The notes: generated from the sequence alone by a model not told the origin. A stretch of DNA of 64,000 bases from an uncultured Gemmatimonadaceae bacterium (GCA_963817955.1 CAWFQK010000003.1:160001-224000); one strand, 5' to 3'; positions 9,391 to 18,704 are shown, counted from the stretch's first letter. Numbers and translations are program-made.

Positions 9391-10650
9391 GTGCTGTCGG
9401 CGCAGTCCAGGCAGTACGAGAGACGAAGTGTCGCCGTGACGATCGTCGCGGTGGCGCTTCTGTCTTGCCTGTCAGCTCCGTCGGGGGCACAGGTTTCCCG
9501 GTCGCCGGCGCCGCGTGACACCGCCGGTTCCGGCCCGAGCGCGACGGAAGGGGGCGTGCAGCAAGTCCTCACGTTCGGCATCAGCTACCGCGGGTACCAC
9601 ATTGGCGATACCGCGGTGAGCGAGCGTGGCGTACCGGTGTCGTACGAGCTGTCCGCGACGCGCCTGCGCTTTCAGCTCGACGCCACGTCGCTGCGATATG
9701 CGGCGCCCGCCTCCGCGATTGCTGGGAACTCTCCGCTGTCCGGCCGGCTCGAGCTCATTTCTCGACGGGGCGACACGCTCGCGTTGGTCGGCAGTTCGGG
9801 CAGCCGGCCCGCGTACCTGGACGCTGTCCAAGCGGCTGCACTCGGTGCGGCCCCTTCCGCAACGATTCCGTTGGAGGCTTTTTCGTTCGGAACGCCTCCG
9901 ATGTTCGGTGCACACACGGCTGTCGGGTTTACCGTGGGCGAGGCGGTCTTGTCGTTGCGCGGCGGCGTCGAGTCCGAGCCGCGGCCGGCCGGCACGCTGC
10001 CGGTCTATTGGCGCGGAACGACGCTCCTTGGCGGTGCAACGCTTACCGGCGACGCGGGCGACACGCGACTCAGCGCCGGTATTGACTACAGCCGAAGCTC
10101 CGGTGATTCGCTCGGCGGGCGCAACTTGTTTCCCGGCGGGGGCGAGCTGACGGCGCTCGGCTCTCTGGCCGGCGGCGTGACAAATCCGTTCGATGATCTT
10201 GGCGATGATATGGATGCTCGCCTGAGCGTATTCGTCAGCCATCCGTTCGGGGATGCGCGCAACGATCAGCCGAACCTGCTCGTGCCGCTGGGGAATACGA
10301 TGGGCGCGACCGGATCGCTCGCCGTGCCGAACGGTATCGTCGTGTGGTCGCCATCCCTCGATCTGACGCGAGAATCGAGTGCATGGACCCGGACCGCCGT
10401 GCTGACGCACGCATCACAGCGCAATACGGCCACCGCGTGGGTGGCGAATCTCGGGCTCGACGCGATCGTTACAATTTCCTCGTTCGCCGACCTGACGCCG
10501 CGGATTGGCTACGCGGTGGGCAGCGTGGATGCGAGCGTTTCGCAGTCGGGTCTGACGGCTCGGCGGGGACGTCCCGTATCGCGATCGGCGTCGTTCACCG
10601 ACGCCGTTCGGGGCTGGTGGACAGGAATGGAGCTTTCGGTCAGCTGGTAG
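9391..10650 (+). CDS. hypothetical outer-membrane beta-barrel-like protein
   Basis: Signal peptide, alternating amphipathic strands, C-terminal GMELSVSW aromatic terminus. Confidence 0.7.
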   Translation: MLSAQSRQYERRSVAVTIVAVALLSCLSAPSGAQVSRSPAPRDTAGSGPSATEGGVQQVLTFGISYRGYHIGDTAVSERGVPVSYELSATRLRFQLDATSLRYAAPASAIAGNSPLSGRLELISRRGDTLALVGSSGSRPAYLDAVQAAALGAAPSATIPLEAFSFGTPPMFGAHTAVGFTVGEAVLSLRGGVESEPRPAGTLPVYWRGTTLLGGATLTGDAGDTRLSAGIDYSRSSGDSLGGRNLFPGGGELTALGSLAGGVTNPFDDLGDDMDARLSVFVSHPFGDARNDQPNLLVPLGNTMGATGSLAVPNGIVVWSPSLDLTRESSAWTRTAVLTHASQRNTATAWVANLGLDAIVTISSFADLTPRIGYAVGSVDASVSQSGLTARRGRPVSRSASFTDAVRGWWTGMELSVSW

Positions 10651-10817
10651 AGCTGGGAAATCAGAGGTGGTCGGACAGGTCAAGACAGTGAGGCAGCTGT
10701 CTTAGGTACACGAGCGCAGGGTGATGGTGCAGTGTAGTTCGATGCTTGTCATCCATGCGCTCAACCGATCACGACCTGAAGAATCCATCGCGAGAGCGAC
10801 GTACGCGCCGTTCCTGT

Positions 10818-11060
10818 TCACTTCAGTCGCGCCAATCGGACGGTAAACGTGAGCTTCTCGCCGTTATACGTCCACGCCCCAGAGAGCTCCAGTGTGTCGC
10901 GCTGCACGCGGTGTCGCACTCGTAACGTCCCGCATGCGCGCTGGCCCCCTCGAACGTGTCGCGCAGCTGGGCCGGGGTCACGGTTTCGCGTCTCCACGTG
11001 CGCCCCTTCGGCATGATCGTCGACGACATGTAGCCGTGCGGGTAAAGATCAGGAGGCCAT
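10818..11060 (-). pseudogene. lipocalin-like protein, copy 2, 5'-truncated and internally deleted
   Basis: GYMSSTIMPKGRTWRRETVTPAQLRDTFEGASAHAGRYECDT then jump to RVQRDTLELSG; high nucleotide identity to 8462-8720. Confidence 0.65.
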
Positions 11061-11132
11061 TGTAACCACCGGCAGGGCCGGCCGACAGAGCACATGAATG
11101 CGCCGCCATGCCGGCCAACGCAATCTCAGTTC

Positions 11133-11159
11133 CCTTGTCAGCTGAACCGATCGTTGGGT
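11133..11159 (-). repeat. attC half-site (inverse core side)
   Basis: Minus strand ACCCAACGATCGGTTCAGCTGACAAGG immediately after the stop of the VOC gene. Confidence 0.55.
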
Positions 11160-11163
11160 ACCG

Positions 11164-11562
11164 TCAACAGCTCTCCGCAGCGAGGGGCTGATGGAAGTAG
11201 TAGCACAACCCATCGGGCGCGACGACGAAGAATACCTGAACCCTAATGCCATGCTGTTCCTCGACACGCCAGTCGCCGGTGGTGACCCCCTTGGCCTCCA
11301 GCTCCGCGCGCGCCGCGTGGATATTGTGTACCAGGATGCCCGCGCCCTCTTGCGAGCTATCGCGGCCATTGACCGCAAACCCGATACGGACGCCGTCTCG
11401 TTCCATAATGACTGTGGGCCACGGCTCCAGCGTACGCTCCACCTGAACCATGGTGAAGTGTTGAGCGTACCAGGTCGCGGCGGCATCCAAATCGGCGACC
11501 GGTAAGGCCAAGATGTCGTCGCCGTATGGGAAGGCCTTCTCGAAAATGACGCGTTCCGCCAT
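11164..11562 (-). CDS. VOC/glyoxalase family protein
   Basis: LALPVADLDAAATWY..FFVVAPDGLCYYF; start reassigned to ATG 11562. Confidence 0.85.
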   Translation of the reverse strand: MAERVIFEKAFPYGDDILALPVADLDAAATWYAQHFTMVQVERTLEPWPTVIMERDGVRIGFAVNGRDSSQEGAGILVHNIHAARAELEAKGVTTGDWRVEEQHGIRVQVFFVVAPDGLCYYFHQPLAAESC

Positions 11563-11572
11563 GGGGGTTCCC

Positions 11573-11594
11573 TCAGCTTCAACGTTCGTTGTGC
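11573..11594 (-). repeat. attC half-site (inverse core side)
   Basis: Minus strand GCACAACGAACGTTGAAGCTGA, nearly identical to one end of attC 17867-17968. Confidence 0.6.
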
Positions 11595-11644
11595 GTGCGG
11601 CGACGAAGGCAGGATGTTCGAGGCCTAACCGGTCGGGCTGTCCT

Positions 11645-12133
11645 CTACCAGTGCGCGGCTGGAGTTTCCGAGTGGGCGACCGGGAGCCACGAGTCCTCAT
11701 GCTGGCTGTACACGGTCAGCACATACAAACGCGACGGGGCTTTCTGACCCCAGCACGTCGCGTCGACCGTGGCTTTGTAGCTGATCGTTGCCGTTCCGCC
11801 GACATGAGTAACACGAAAGTCACTCAACGCGTAGCTCACCGTCTGGCATCCCAGCACATAGCGAGCTGTCGACGCTGGAGACGTTCGTTTGATGCCGCTG
11901 ACGTCGATGTCGACCACGTCGCCGCCCATGAGGCGCGCGAATGTCGTCGTGTCGCGCGCCTTCAGTGCCTCCCATTGGGCGCGTTCGCGCTGCGCCAGGA
12001 GGGAATCCTGTGCGGTGTGCGCAGCGTCGAACGTCGGGTGCACGTCTGTCTGCTGGGCGAGTAAGCGCGCCGGCTGGCTCAGGACAAGCGCGCTCGCAGT
12101 AATCAGCACTTGCGCGGCAAATGACGCTTTCAT
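11645..12133 (-). CDS. secreted NTF2-like (DUF4440-type) protein
   Basis: Signal peptide; ERAQWEALKARD, C-terminal WLPVAHSET typical of SnoaL/NTF2 folds. Confidence 0.75.
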   Translation of the reverse strand: MKASFAAQVLITASALVLSQPARLLAQQTDVHPTFDAAHTAQDSLLAQRERAQWEALKARDTTTFARLMGGDVVDIDVSGIKRTSPASTARYVLGCQTVSYALSDFRVTHVGGTATISYKATVDATCWGQKAPSRLYVLTVYSQHEDSWLPVAHSETPAAHW

Positions 12134-12187
12134 CGTGAACACTCCGTGAACGGTGGACCTGCACGAACAGCGTGCCGCGTCGTTGAA

Positions 12188-12769
12188 CTATCCGGTCTTC
12201 AAAGGCCCAGCGACCTTGTACGTACTGAGGATGATGCCAGACGGCATTACTTTCGTGCTGACGAGCTCGAATGAGCGCGGCGGGGTTCCCTCCGCAAAGA
12301 AGCGCTTCCCGGTGCCCAACAGGACCGGATAGACGACCAGCACGATGTCATCCGCGAGCCCCTGTTCGAGCAGGGTCGATGTCAGCGTGGAGCTACCCGA
12401 GAGGATGAGGTCCGCGCCGTCCTGCGACTTGATGCGGCGAACGCCCGCGATGATGTCCGGTCCAAGCGCAGCGAACGGGCCCCATTCAAGACTCTCCGGA
12501 CGGTGGGTAACGATGAATTTTGTTGCCGCATTGAGTCTGTCCGCCATCGGACTGCTCGGCGCCGTTGGCCAGAAGCCCGACCAGCTATCGTAGGTGCGAC
12601 GGCCAAGCAGCAGGTCGAAGCGCTCGCCATACGCGGCGAGCATTGCGTCCCGGCCAGCGGGGGTCCGATAGGGTGCGGTCCAGTCGCCGTAGGGGAAGTC
12701 GCCGTCTTCGCCGGAGACCTGGATCACTCCGTCCAGGGAGATGTGTTCGATAATTTTGAGCTTTCTCAT
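12188..12769 (-). CDS. dihydrofolate reductase / RibD C-terminal domain family protein
   Basis: ISLDGVIQ, LLLGRRTY, GSSTLTSTLL, YPVLLGTGKRFF. Confidence 0.9.
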   Translation of the reverse strand: MRKLKIIEHISLDGVIQVSGEDGDFPYGDWTAPYRTPAGRDAMLAAYGERFDLLLGRRTYDSWSGFWPTAPSSPMADRLNAATKFIVTHRPESLEWGPFAALGPDIIAGVRRIKSQDGADLILSGSSTLTSTLLEQGLADDIVLVVYPVLLGTGKRFFAEGTPPRSFELVSTKVMPSGIILSTYKVAGPLKTG

Positions 12770-12892
12770 TTGACCCCGGGTTCTGGCCCGCCTCGACGGC
12801 TGCGAGATGTGTTACGGCGAGCCCGCCTGTTGAGTACAGCGGAGTGTATTTGCCATCGCAATCCTCAGGCCGCCCGGCAGGTTCAACGATGG

Positions 12893-13207
12893 TCAGGCGA
12901 CACGGAGCGGCTTAATCCGACTGACGTCTCCCTTGAGTTTCTGCGCGGCGTCCCACAGGTCGACAGCCCGTTGCGCGTTCAGCCAGAACTCGGGTGAATT
13001 CCCAAAGAGCCGCGACAACCGCAGCGCCATCTCGGGACTGAGGGCGCGGCGCCCGCGGAGCAGTTCGTTCACCGATTGCCGCGACACACGCGCCGCTTCA
13101 GCTAGTCCGGCCACCGTCAGTCCATACTCCGGCATAAAGTCTTCGCGCAGCATTTCGCCCGGATGGATCGGCCGTCGCAGCAGGGGCCGACTATTGGGGA
13201 TCGACAT
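12893..13207 (-). CDS. higA: HigA-family addiction module antitoxin
   Basis: PIHPGEMLREDF..SPEMALRLSRLFGNSPEFWLNAQ; AGGAGG RBS. Confidence 0.92.
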   Translation of the reverse strand: MSIPNSRPLLRRPIHPGEMLREDFMPEYGLTVAGLAEAARVSRQSVNELLRGRRALSPEMALRLSRLFGNSPEFWLNAQRAVDLWDAAQKLKGDVSRIKPLRVA

Positions 13208-13215
13208 GGCTCCTC

Positions 13216-13296
13216 CTAGTGATAATCGCAGATCTCAACGTCGTCGGCGTCGCCGAACAACTCTTCCGTGCGGCGATCGGCGAACGACTTGATCAC
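13216..13296 (-). pseudogene. higB: HigB toxin with in-frame internal deletion (26 aa left)
   Basis: VIKSFADRRTEELF joined to GDADDVEICDYH*, the canonical first and last residues of HigB, in the toxin position upstream of higA. Confidence 0.85.
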
Positions 13297-13304
13297 GCCG
13301 TAAT

Positions 13305-13324
13305 GTAACGCGTCACGTGACGCG
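13305..13324. promoter_or_regulatory. palindrome upstream of higBA, probable HigA operator
   Basis: GTAACGCGTCACGTGACGCG containing the perfect 16-bp CGCGTCAC-GTGACGCG. Confidence 0.55.
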
Positions 13325-13345
13325 CGTCAGTTTCCCCTCGGTGTC

Positions 13346-13375
13346 ATCTAACACTCGAGCTAAAGCTGCAAAGCG
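13346..13375 (-). repeat. attC half-site (core side)
   Basis: Plus strand ATCTAACACTCGAGCTAAAGCTGCAAAGCG, same pattern as the left ends of attC 17867 and 27236. Confidence 0.6.
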
Positions 13376-13489
13376 ATCACTAAGGGTGGAGTCCTCGGTA
13401 AGCGGCGCGGCTTCGAGCCAGCGGCCGTCGGGGGCCAACGAATGCAGTTTGCCTCGACGCTGTCGTGGTCCAATCTCTTGATCGTCATG

Positions 13490-13990
13490 TCATATCGCAG
13501 AGCCCGTGCGCGGCGACACCCGCTCTGACGCGCGTGGAGGGGAAGGGCGTTCGATCGGACCGAGATCGAATGGGGGATGCTTGCCGTTGAGAAGGCGATA
13601 CGTTCCGCTGAGGTCGACATTCGCGCCGAAGCCGCACGCTAGGTCACTCCCCTCTTGCGCCACGAGCACTCGGCCAGGCGTAAAGCGCATGCGAATGCGA
13701 CAGTGGGTCTTAGCCTCGCGCTGCTCATACACCAGCGAGTCACCGAGCAACGGCAGCCGCGCATCAAGGACACCAAGGTGGTGGCCGGGCGCCGGATACC
13801 GACAGAGCACTTGCACGCGCACAGAGTCCTTAGTAATCGGCGCGGCTTCGAGCCAGCAGCCGTCACGGCCTGACGATGGCAGATGTGTCGTTCCCGTCGC
13901 ATACGTGCCCATCACGGGTGTGGGGCGTGGTGGCGATGCCTCCTGCGCCACGGCCACGCCACCTACCCCGGCGACGATGAGCATCCCCAT
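13490..13990 (-). CDS. hypothetical secreted Cys-containing protein
   Basis: Signal-like N-terminus, CGFGANVDLSGTY motif; exact start uncertain. Confidence 0.6.
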   Translation of the reverse strand: MGMLIVAGVGGVAVAQEASPPRPTPVMGTYATGTTHLPSSGRDGCWLEAAPITKDSVRVQVLCRYPAPGHHLGVLDARLPLLGDSLVYEQREAKTHCRIRMRFTPGRVLVAQEGSDLACGFGANVDLSGTYRLLNGKHPPFDLGPIERPSPPRASERVSPRTGSAI

Positions 13991-14135
13991 GGCCCCCCGA
14001 GCCAGCCGGCAGTAAGTCCCGCGGCGCGTCCCACGTTGGTGCAAAGGATCAATCTGCCCAATGGCACTCGGCGAAGTGCACCGAATGCGACGATTGTCCC
14101 CAAGACAGAACCCGCGAGGCCCGATCGTCATTCAC

Positions 14136-14699
14136 CTAGACTCGCAGCGAACATCGGAATCCCCGAGCGGCATAGTACGAGTCAGCACCGTTGTGATATA
14201 CGAAAACTGTGTCGTAGCGGCGATCGCAGAACAGCGCGCCACCAAGCTTCCGGACCTTGGCCGGTGTTTGCACCCAGCTGGACGTCGTCGTATCGAACTG
14301 GCCGAGCTCTTGGAGCCGCTGGTACTCAGCGACAGTGAGAAGTGCCGCACCCATGGCAGTCGCCATTTCAACCGCGCTGCTCTTGGGCTTATGCTCCTTC
14401 CGCGCCTCACGTGCTTCGCCGTCGTAGCAGACGCTTCGGCGCTCCTTGGGGCTCGGCGTTGAGCAATCCATAAAGATGATCTCGCCTGTCGCCGTATCGA
14501 GATCAACGACGTCAGGCTCACCCCCAGATTGCTCCATTTCGTTGAGCGACCAGAGTTTGGCAGCATTCGACTCGAGTCTCGCCTGCACTGCCGTCCATTG
14601 GAGACTCGCGTGGCGATGCCTCTGTGCCTCGAAGCGGGACTTCAGCGTTTTCAGCAAGGCGTCGCGTTGCTTCCCTGTAAGATTCTTTGCTTTTGGCAT
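14136..14699 (-). CDS. DUF4256-family protein
   Basis: EMEQSGGEPDVV, RRSVCYD, GGALFCDRRYDTVFVYHNGADSYYAARGFR. Confidence 0.85.
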   Translation of the reverse strand: MPKAKNLTGKQRDALLKTLKSRFEAQRHRHASLQWTAVQARLESNAAKLWSLNEMEQSGGEPDVVDLDTATGEIIFMDCSTPSPKERRSVCYDGEAREARKEHKPKSSAVEMATAMGAALLTVAEYQRLQELGQFDTTTSSWVQTPAKVRKLGGALFCDRRYDTVFVYHNGADSYYAARGFRCSLRV

Positions 14700-14800
14700 C
14701 CGTATCTGGGCTGTTGCGTAGCTGTCAGTGGGGCAAGATGTGCCGCTTAGACGTTGTCACTGGGCTGGCCCCGGGTCGGAGGTCATAGACCAGCCCATTC

Positions 14801-14995
14801 TCAAAGCGGATGATGGTCGTATCCTGAGAGTGACGGTGACCGAACTGGAATCGGCGTCGGCGCGCGCGGCGGCAGGAACACGAGCGTGAGCTGCGAACCG
14901 AAGATCAGTTTGAACGCGCCCACGACACCCCATACGGTGCCAAGCCCGAAAGAGACCTTTGCGAGCAGATCAGACGTCGCCGGTGAAATGGACAA
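14801..14995 (-). pseudogene. probable fragment of a small membrane protein
   Basis: 64-aa ORF with hydrophobic N-half that degenerates into low-complexity sequence. Confidence 0.3.
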
Positions 14996-15079
14996 CTTCC
15001 AAGAAGGCGTGAGTTCTCATCCGTAAGGTATGAGCCAAACTGTTACGACTGGCAAGAGGTCGGCTCGCGCAGGGTCGCT

Positions 15080-15562
15080 TCAGCGTTTGTTCCCCGGTCG
15101 TTCTCTGACAGGAGCCTCGGCCAGTGAGACTGACACTGCTGGTGCAATGCCCACGCGAGGGATCTTCTCGCCGTTCCATTGAACGTACTTTGCGGACCCA
15201 ATGATGACGGCGGACCCGAGGTGCGGGTCTCGCGGTTGAGCGACCTTGAGATGCATGGATGCACCGCTCTCGACAGAGAAGAACACATGGGCACCCGCAC
15301 CGAGAGCGTTGACGGCGGTGAGAACGAGGGGCCCAGATGAACCTGGAGGCAGCGCGCCCCAGAGACGGACCTCCACGGCATAGCCCTGGAACTGCTGGAG
15401 CGCTCGTGTGAGGGGCTGGCGATTGGTAAGAACGCTTGTGGCGAGTAGAGCGGCGGAGCCAAGGCCCAGCACGAAGAAGATGAGCTTCGGGAAGAGGGCA
15501 CCAGCCGTGAAGGCGCCCATGGTGATCGCAGACAGCAAGACGCGAGAAGAAAGAGGGCGCAT
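15080..15562 (-). CDS. hypothetical membrane protein
   Basis: GAGG RBS, two N-terminal TM segments. Confidence 0.6.
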   Translation of the reverse strand: MRPLSSRVLLSAITMGAFTAGALFPKLIFFVLGLGSAALLATSVLTNRQPLTRALQQFQGYAVEVRLWGALPPGSSGPLVLTAVNALGAGAHVFFSVESGASMHLKVAQPRDPHLGSAVIIGSAKYVQWNGEKIPRVGIAPAVSVSLAEAPVRERPGNKR

Positions 15563-15619
15563 GCCTCACAAGGATGGCGATTCGGGCGTCAGGTTCAGCG
15601 ATCGGTGGTAGGAAGCGGC

Positions 15620-15883
15620 CTAGCGAGACTGAACGTCGAGAACGGCTACAATCCCGAGAAGTAAGATGGGAACCGCTATGAGCGCGAGTGGTAAGTAGAC
15701 CCGGCCATTTCCTAAGTTGGGCGTTGTATTGCTAAACGGAGGATCCGTACGCGGCCAGCGCTTCGGGTGAGACGGAACGAAGAGACGAGAATCACGCGCG
15801 CTCGCATAGAAGAAGTGGAAGCAATGCCAGTTGCTCTCGTTCTGCCACTCCTCTGCATTCCTTTCAGTCGATGCCAAAGACAT
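15620..15883 (-). CDS. DUF5808-like small membrane protein
   Basis: W..NW..FY..DSRLFVP..NLGN plus C-terminal TM helix. Confidence 0.55.
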   Translation of the reverse strand: MSLASTERNAEEWQNESNWHCFHFFYASARDSRLFVPSHPKRWPRTDPPFSNTTPNLGNGRVYLPLALIAVPILLLGIVAVLDVQSR

Positions 15884-16036
15884 TCTGTGATCTCCGATCG
15901 CTTCAAGCGACGGTGTGAATCTCGGGATCGATGCGCACTTGCGCGACCGTGCTCACGTCGCGAAGCGGCTCGAAGCGGCTCGAAACGGCGAGCGCAACGA
16001 CGATGATACCGAGTAGGCTGCCGTCAGTCAGAGGCC

Positions 16037-16744
16037 TTACACCCGAATGTAGGCGCACCCGGCATTTTGGGCGCGGGCGAGTCCGAATATTCCCGACGGC
16101 ACGGCATACGCCCCCTGAAGCAAGCCCGCGCGAAGGTCCGCATGCACATCCTCTGGACTTCTGCCCGACTTCGTAGCCAGCCGCTTGGACAGATGCCCCA
16201 TGGCAAAGTCGCAGACCAAGATGATGGCTCCGCGGTCGACGAGATCCGTGATGGTGGGTACCGTGATGCCTGGTGCAGGACTCGGGGCCCGATGCCAGAA
16301 CGGATTACGAATCGCTGGCTGCTGCGTTACCGGATCCTTGGCATTGTATTCGGCGCCAAGGGAATACTGCTCCCAGAGTCTGTCGGTCATGGCTGCGCCA
16401 ATGGCTTGGGTGCGGATATTCAGAACCACTCGCGCATCGTAGGCGCTCGCACCATAGGCGCTTCGACAGTTGTCGAGGTACCGCTCCGCGATCTCGAGGA
16501 TTATGGGGTCGGCTGGGTCACCAAGGCTCGGCCAATCGAATACGGCGCGGTCGGTGGCTGAGCGAAGCGTGTCGATCCAACGTAGATCCCAGTCTCCGCT
16601 CCCGCCGGTCGAAACATGCTGAATGCTCGGAGTAGAGGTTGCGACGGAAGGCCGAGCACATCCGGCGAGTGCGACCGTCGAAGCCAGTCGGCCCACATTG
16701 GTGAGAAAACCGCGGCGCGATTCTGCCGGTGTATCGATGCTCAT
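16037..16744 (-). CDS. Tat-exported DsrE-like protein
   Basis: SRRGFL Tat motif, lipobox LAGC, GAIILVCDFAM, VPSGIFGLARAQNAGCAY. Confidence 0.8.
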   Translation of the reverse strand: MSIDTPAESRRGFLTNVGRLASTVALAGCARPSVATSTPSIQHVSTGGSGDWDLRWIDTLRSATDRAVFDWPSLGDPADPIILEIAERYLDNCRSAYGASAYDARVVLNIRTQAIGAAMTDRLWEQYSLGAEYNAKDPVTQQPAIRNPFWHRAPSPAPGITVPTITDLVDRGAIILVCDFAMGHLSKRLATKSGRSPEDVHADLRAGLLQGAYAVPSGIFGLARAQNAGCAYIRV

Positions 16745-16810
16745 TGCCTTCCTTATTTAGAAATCCGTGAGGTGGCCGAACGTCCGTCAGGGTGGTCCGG
16801 AGTCGACTGA

Positions 16811-17104
16811 TTAATCGGCCTCGTGGCGGTACGCATCAATCACCGACCAGACATTCCACACCAGCGCGACCAGCAATGCCCGGCGGCCACCCAGGCCCAG
16901 CGCGCCGAGGACATACGCGGCAACCGTTCCGAACTGAACGAGCGCCGTGATCCAGCGGCCTTGCATGAGCTGACCGAGTCCCGGCACGAGTGCACTCAAG
17001 CCCGCGTGCAGAAGTGCTCGCTCGCGATGTTCGCGTACCTCGACTTGCATGGACTCGATTGTCATAGGTGGCTCTGGAGTCGCCGCAAAAATGCTGGTGG
17101 TCAT
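16811..17104 (-). CDS. small membrane protein
   Basis: LSALVPGLGQLMQGR motif, WSVIDAY; AGAGG RBS. Confidence 0.65.
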   Translation of the reverse strand: MTTSIFAATPEPPMTIESMQVEVREHRERALLHAGLSALVPGLGQLMQGRWITALVQFGTVAAYVLGALGLGGRRALLVALVWNVWSVIDAYRHEAD

Positions 17105-17150
17105 TGACATTCCTCTTTGAGCAGGCGTGACACTGCCTACCGTATGAAGT

Positions 17151-17837
17151 TCATACATGCATCGGCGCGCTGATCCCTATCGGCGGATTCCGACCTGGGC
17201 GCCAATCGTGAATCTCGCCACCAACGAGACGCAATGCAGTGGCAAACTCCTCGTTCGGCTTCAGCGCTTCAGGCGTTGAGGAGAGTTCAACCACTTTGAT
17301 TTGGACCGCGATGCTGCAGTCGCCGGCAGTCACGTCGACCTCCGTCACCCCCCGGGCCTTTGGATATAGCCGTCCATTCCGTAGGACCACGACTTGAGTA
17401 TCACGCACCGAGGCTGTCCCGGCGAGCAAGGTGACGGGATTCCCGTCGAGGCCGACAGCGCCCACCATTAGCTCGCGCGGTGGATCGGTGGTGAGCAATC
17501 GCACGGTCGCCGGCAGCCGAAAGCCGAGAATAGGTCGGCACCGGACAATGAAGCGCGTCGAGAGTTCAGCGCGCGTCACTCGAATTTCAGCATCGGTCGG
17601 CTGCCAACAGGTCACGACGCCATTGTCGGACAGTTGGACATCGCCACCGGACACGAGTTCATAGCGCGTTCCGCTTGCGCTCACAATGCGTCCCGCCGCA
17701 TTGCGGGCGGCGACGGGCAAGCGTGTCGCCGTGCGGCTATTCACCACCACCCTATCGGGTACAGCCAGGCGCGCGGGGCGCCGGTCGACACATGCTGTGA
17801 TGAGGAAAAGGAGAGCGGGCCTACATAGCCAGCGCAC
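17151..17837 (-). CDS. hypothetical lipoprotein with Ig-like repeats (possibly 3'-truncated)
   Basis: Lipobox ITAC, beta-strand pattern; first gene after attC 17867-17968. Confidence 0.55.
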   Translation of the reverse strand: MRWLCRPALLFLITACVDRRPARLAVPDRVVVNSRTATRLPVAARNAAGRIVSASGTRYELVSGGDVQLSDNGVVTCWQPTDAEIRVTRAELSTRFIVRCRPILGFRLPATVRLLTTDPPRELMVGAVGLDGNPVTLLAGTASVRDTQVVVLRNGRLYPKARGVTEVDVTAGDCSIAVQIKVVELSSTPEALKPNEEFATALRLVGGEIHDWRPGRNPPIGISAPMHV

Positions 17838-17866
17838 GTGCGTTCCTCACCAGTGAGTTGGTGGCA

Positions 17867-17968
17867 ACCGAACGCCCGAGCTAAGAGCTGCACAGGGGAT
17901 CACATAAGAGTGATGCCGAGGGCATCACAATGCAATAAACCCTTCGTCAGCTTCAGCGTTCGTTGCGT
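17867..17968 (-). repeat. integron attC site
   Basis: Minus strand ACGCAAC GAACGCTGAAGCTGACG ... GCAGCTCTTAGCTCGGGC GTTCGGT; complementary arms, internal GTGATGCC/GGCATCAC hairpin. Confidence 0.8.
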
Positions 17969-17987
17969 GCAGGTTGAGATGGCGATG

Positions 17988-18296
17988 CTACGCGGGTGGG
18001 CGATCAGGGTCGGGGAAACGCCGCGTGGCGCGGAAGACCGTCAGGATTTCGACGCACGAATCTCGCAACTCGTAGACGATGCGATAGCTGCCGTGAATCA
18101 CTTCTCGCACGGTGGACTCGCCCAGTTCCGGCACGACGCGCCCACTCTCTGGGAACTGAGTCAGCCGCGTAACCGCATGCACCAGTCGGTCGACGACCAC
18201 GGCGGCATACCGCGGTGAGGTGCGCGCAATGAAGGCTGAGATCTCGCTCAGATCATTGACCGCCGCGGCAGACCAGACGATGCCCGGAGAAGTCAC
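17988..18296 (-). CDS. RelE/ParE-family toxin
   Basis: IVWSAAAVNDL..FPESGRVVPE..YRIVYE..ILTVFR. Confidence 0.9.
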   Translation of the reverse strand: MTSPGIVWSAAAVNDLSEISAFIARTSPRYAAVVVDRLVHAVTRLTQFPESGRVVPELGESTVREVIHGSYRIVYELRDSCVEILTVFRATRRFPDPDRPPA

Positions 18297-18478
18297 CGCG
18301 CGGAGAAGCGGCGAACCACCTCGTCGTGGCTAATGGTCCGCCCCGCCTGGAGGTCGGCCCGACCGCGCTCGATGCTTTCAAGGAAATACAGGCGCTCCAT
18401 GGCGTCCTCGAGCGTCGCATCGTCGGGAAGCTGTTCGATGGCGTGAAGAGCGAGTTGCTTGGGCGACGAATCAGCCAT
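18293..18478 (-). CDS. cognate antitoxin
   Basis: IEQLPDDATLEDAMERLYFLESIERGRADLQAGRTISHDEV; 4-bp overlap with toxin start. Confidence 0.85.
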   Translation of the reverse strand: MADSSPKQLALHAIEQLPDDATLEDAMERLYFLESIERGRADLQAGRTISHDEVVRRFSAR

Positions 18479-18593
18479 GAGAACTCCGGGGTCTCGGTGC
18501 GAACCGAAAGATATGCGAAGTGCGTACTCGATGAAGAGCTGAGCTCCGGAAGTTGGCCGAAGAATTGTGTCGGTCCTCAGCCTCAGAGGATCA

Positions 18594-18704
18594 CTGCGGA
18601 AGAGTCGATTCACGGAAGAGCAAACCGTGCAGGTCATGCAGGAGTGGGATGCCGGCGGCAAGATCGCCGATCAAGCGCTGAACCTTCAGGTCATGAAGGA
18701 CCTC
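18594..18704 (+). mobile_element. IS3-family transposase orfA remnant with internal deletion
   Basis: (L)RKSRFTEEQTVQVMQEWDAGGK joined to IADQALNLQVMKDL; AGAGG RBS upstream; no orfB. Confidence 0.65.

Noticed and set aside
10651..10777. Possible MazF/PemK-like fragment (TVLTCPTTSDF on minus strand)
   Set aside because: Too short and interrupted by a stop to support a call
15961..15985. Tandem CGAAGCGGCT repeat
   Set aside because: Simple 10-bp slippage duplication in a decayed spacer; no functional evidence
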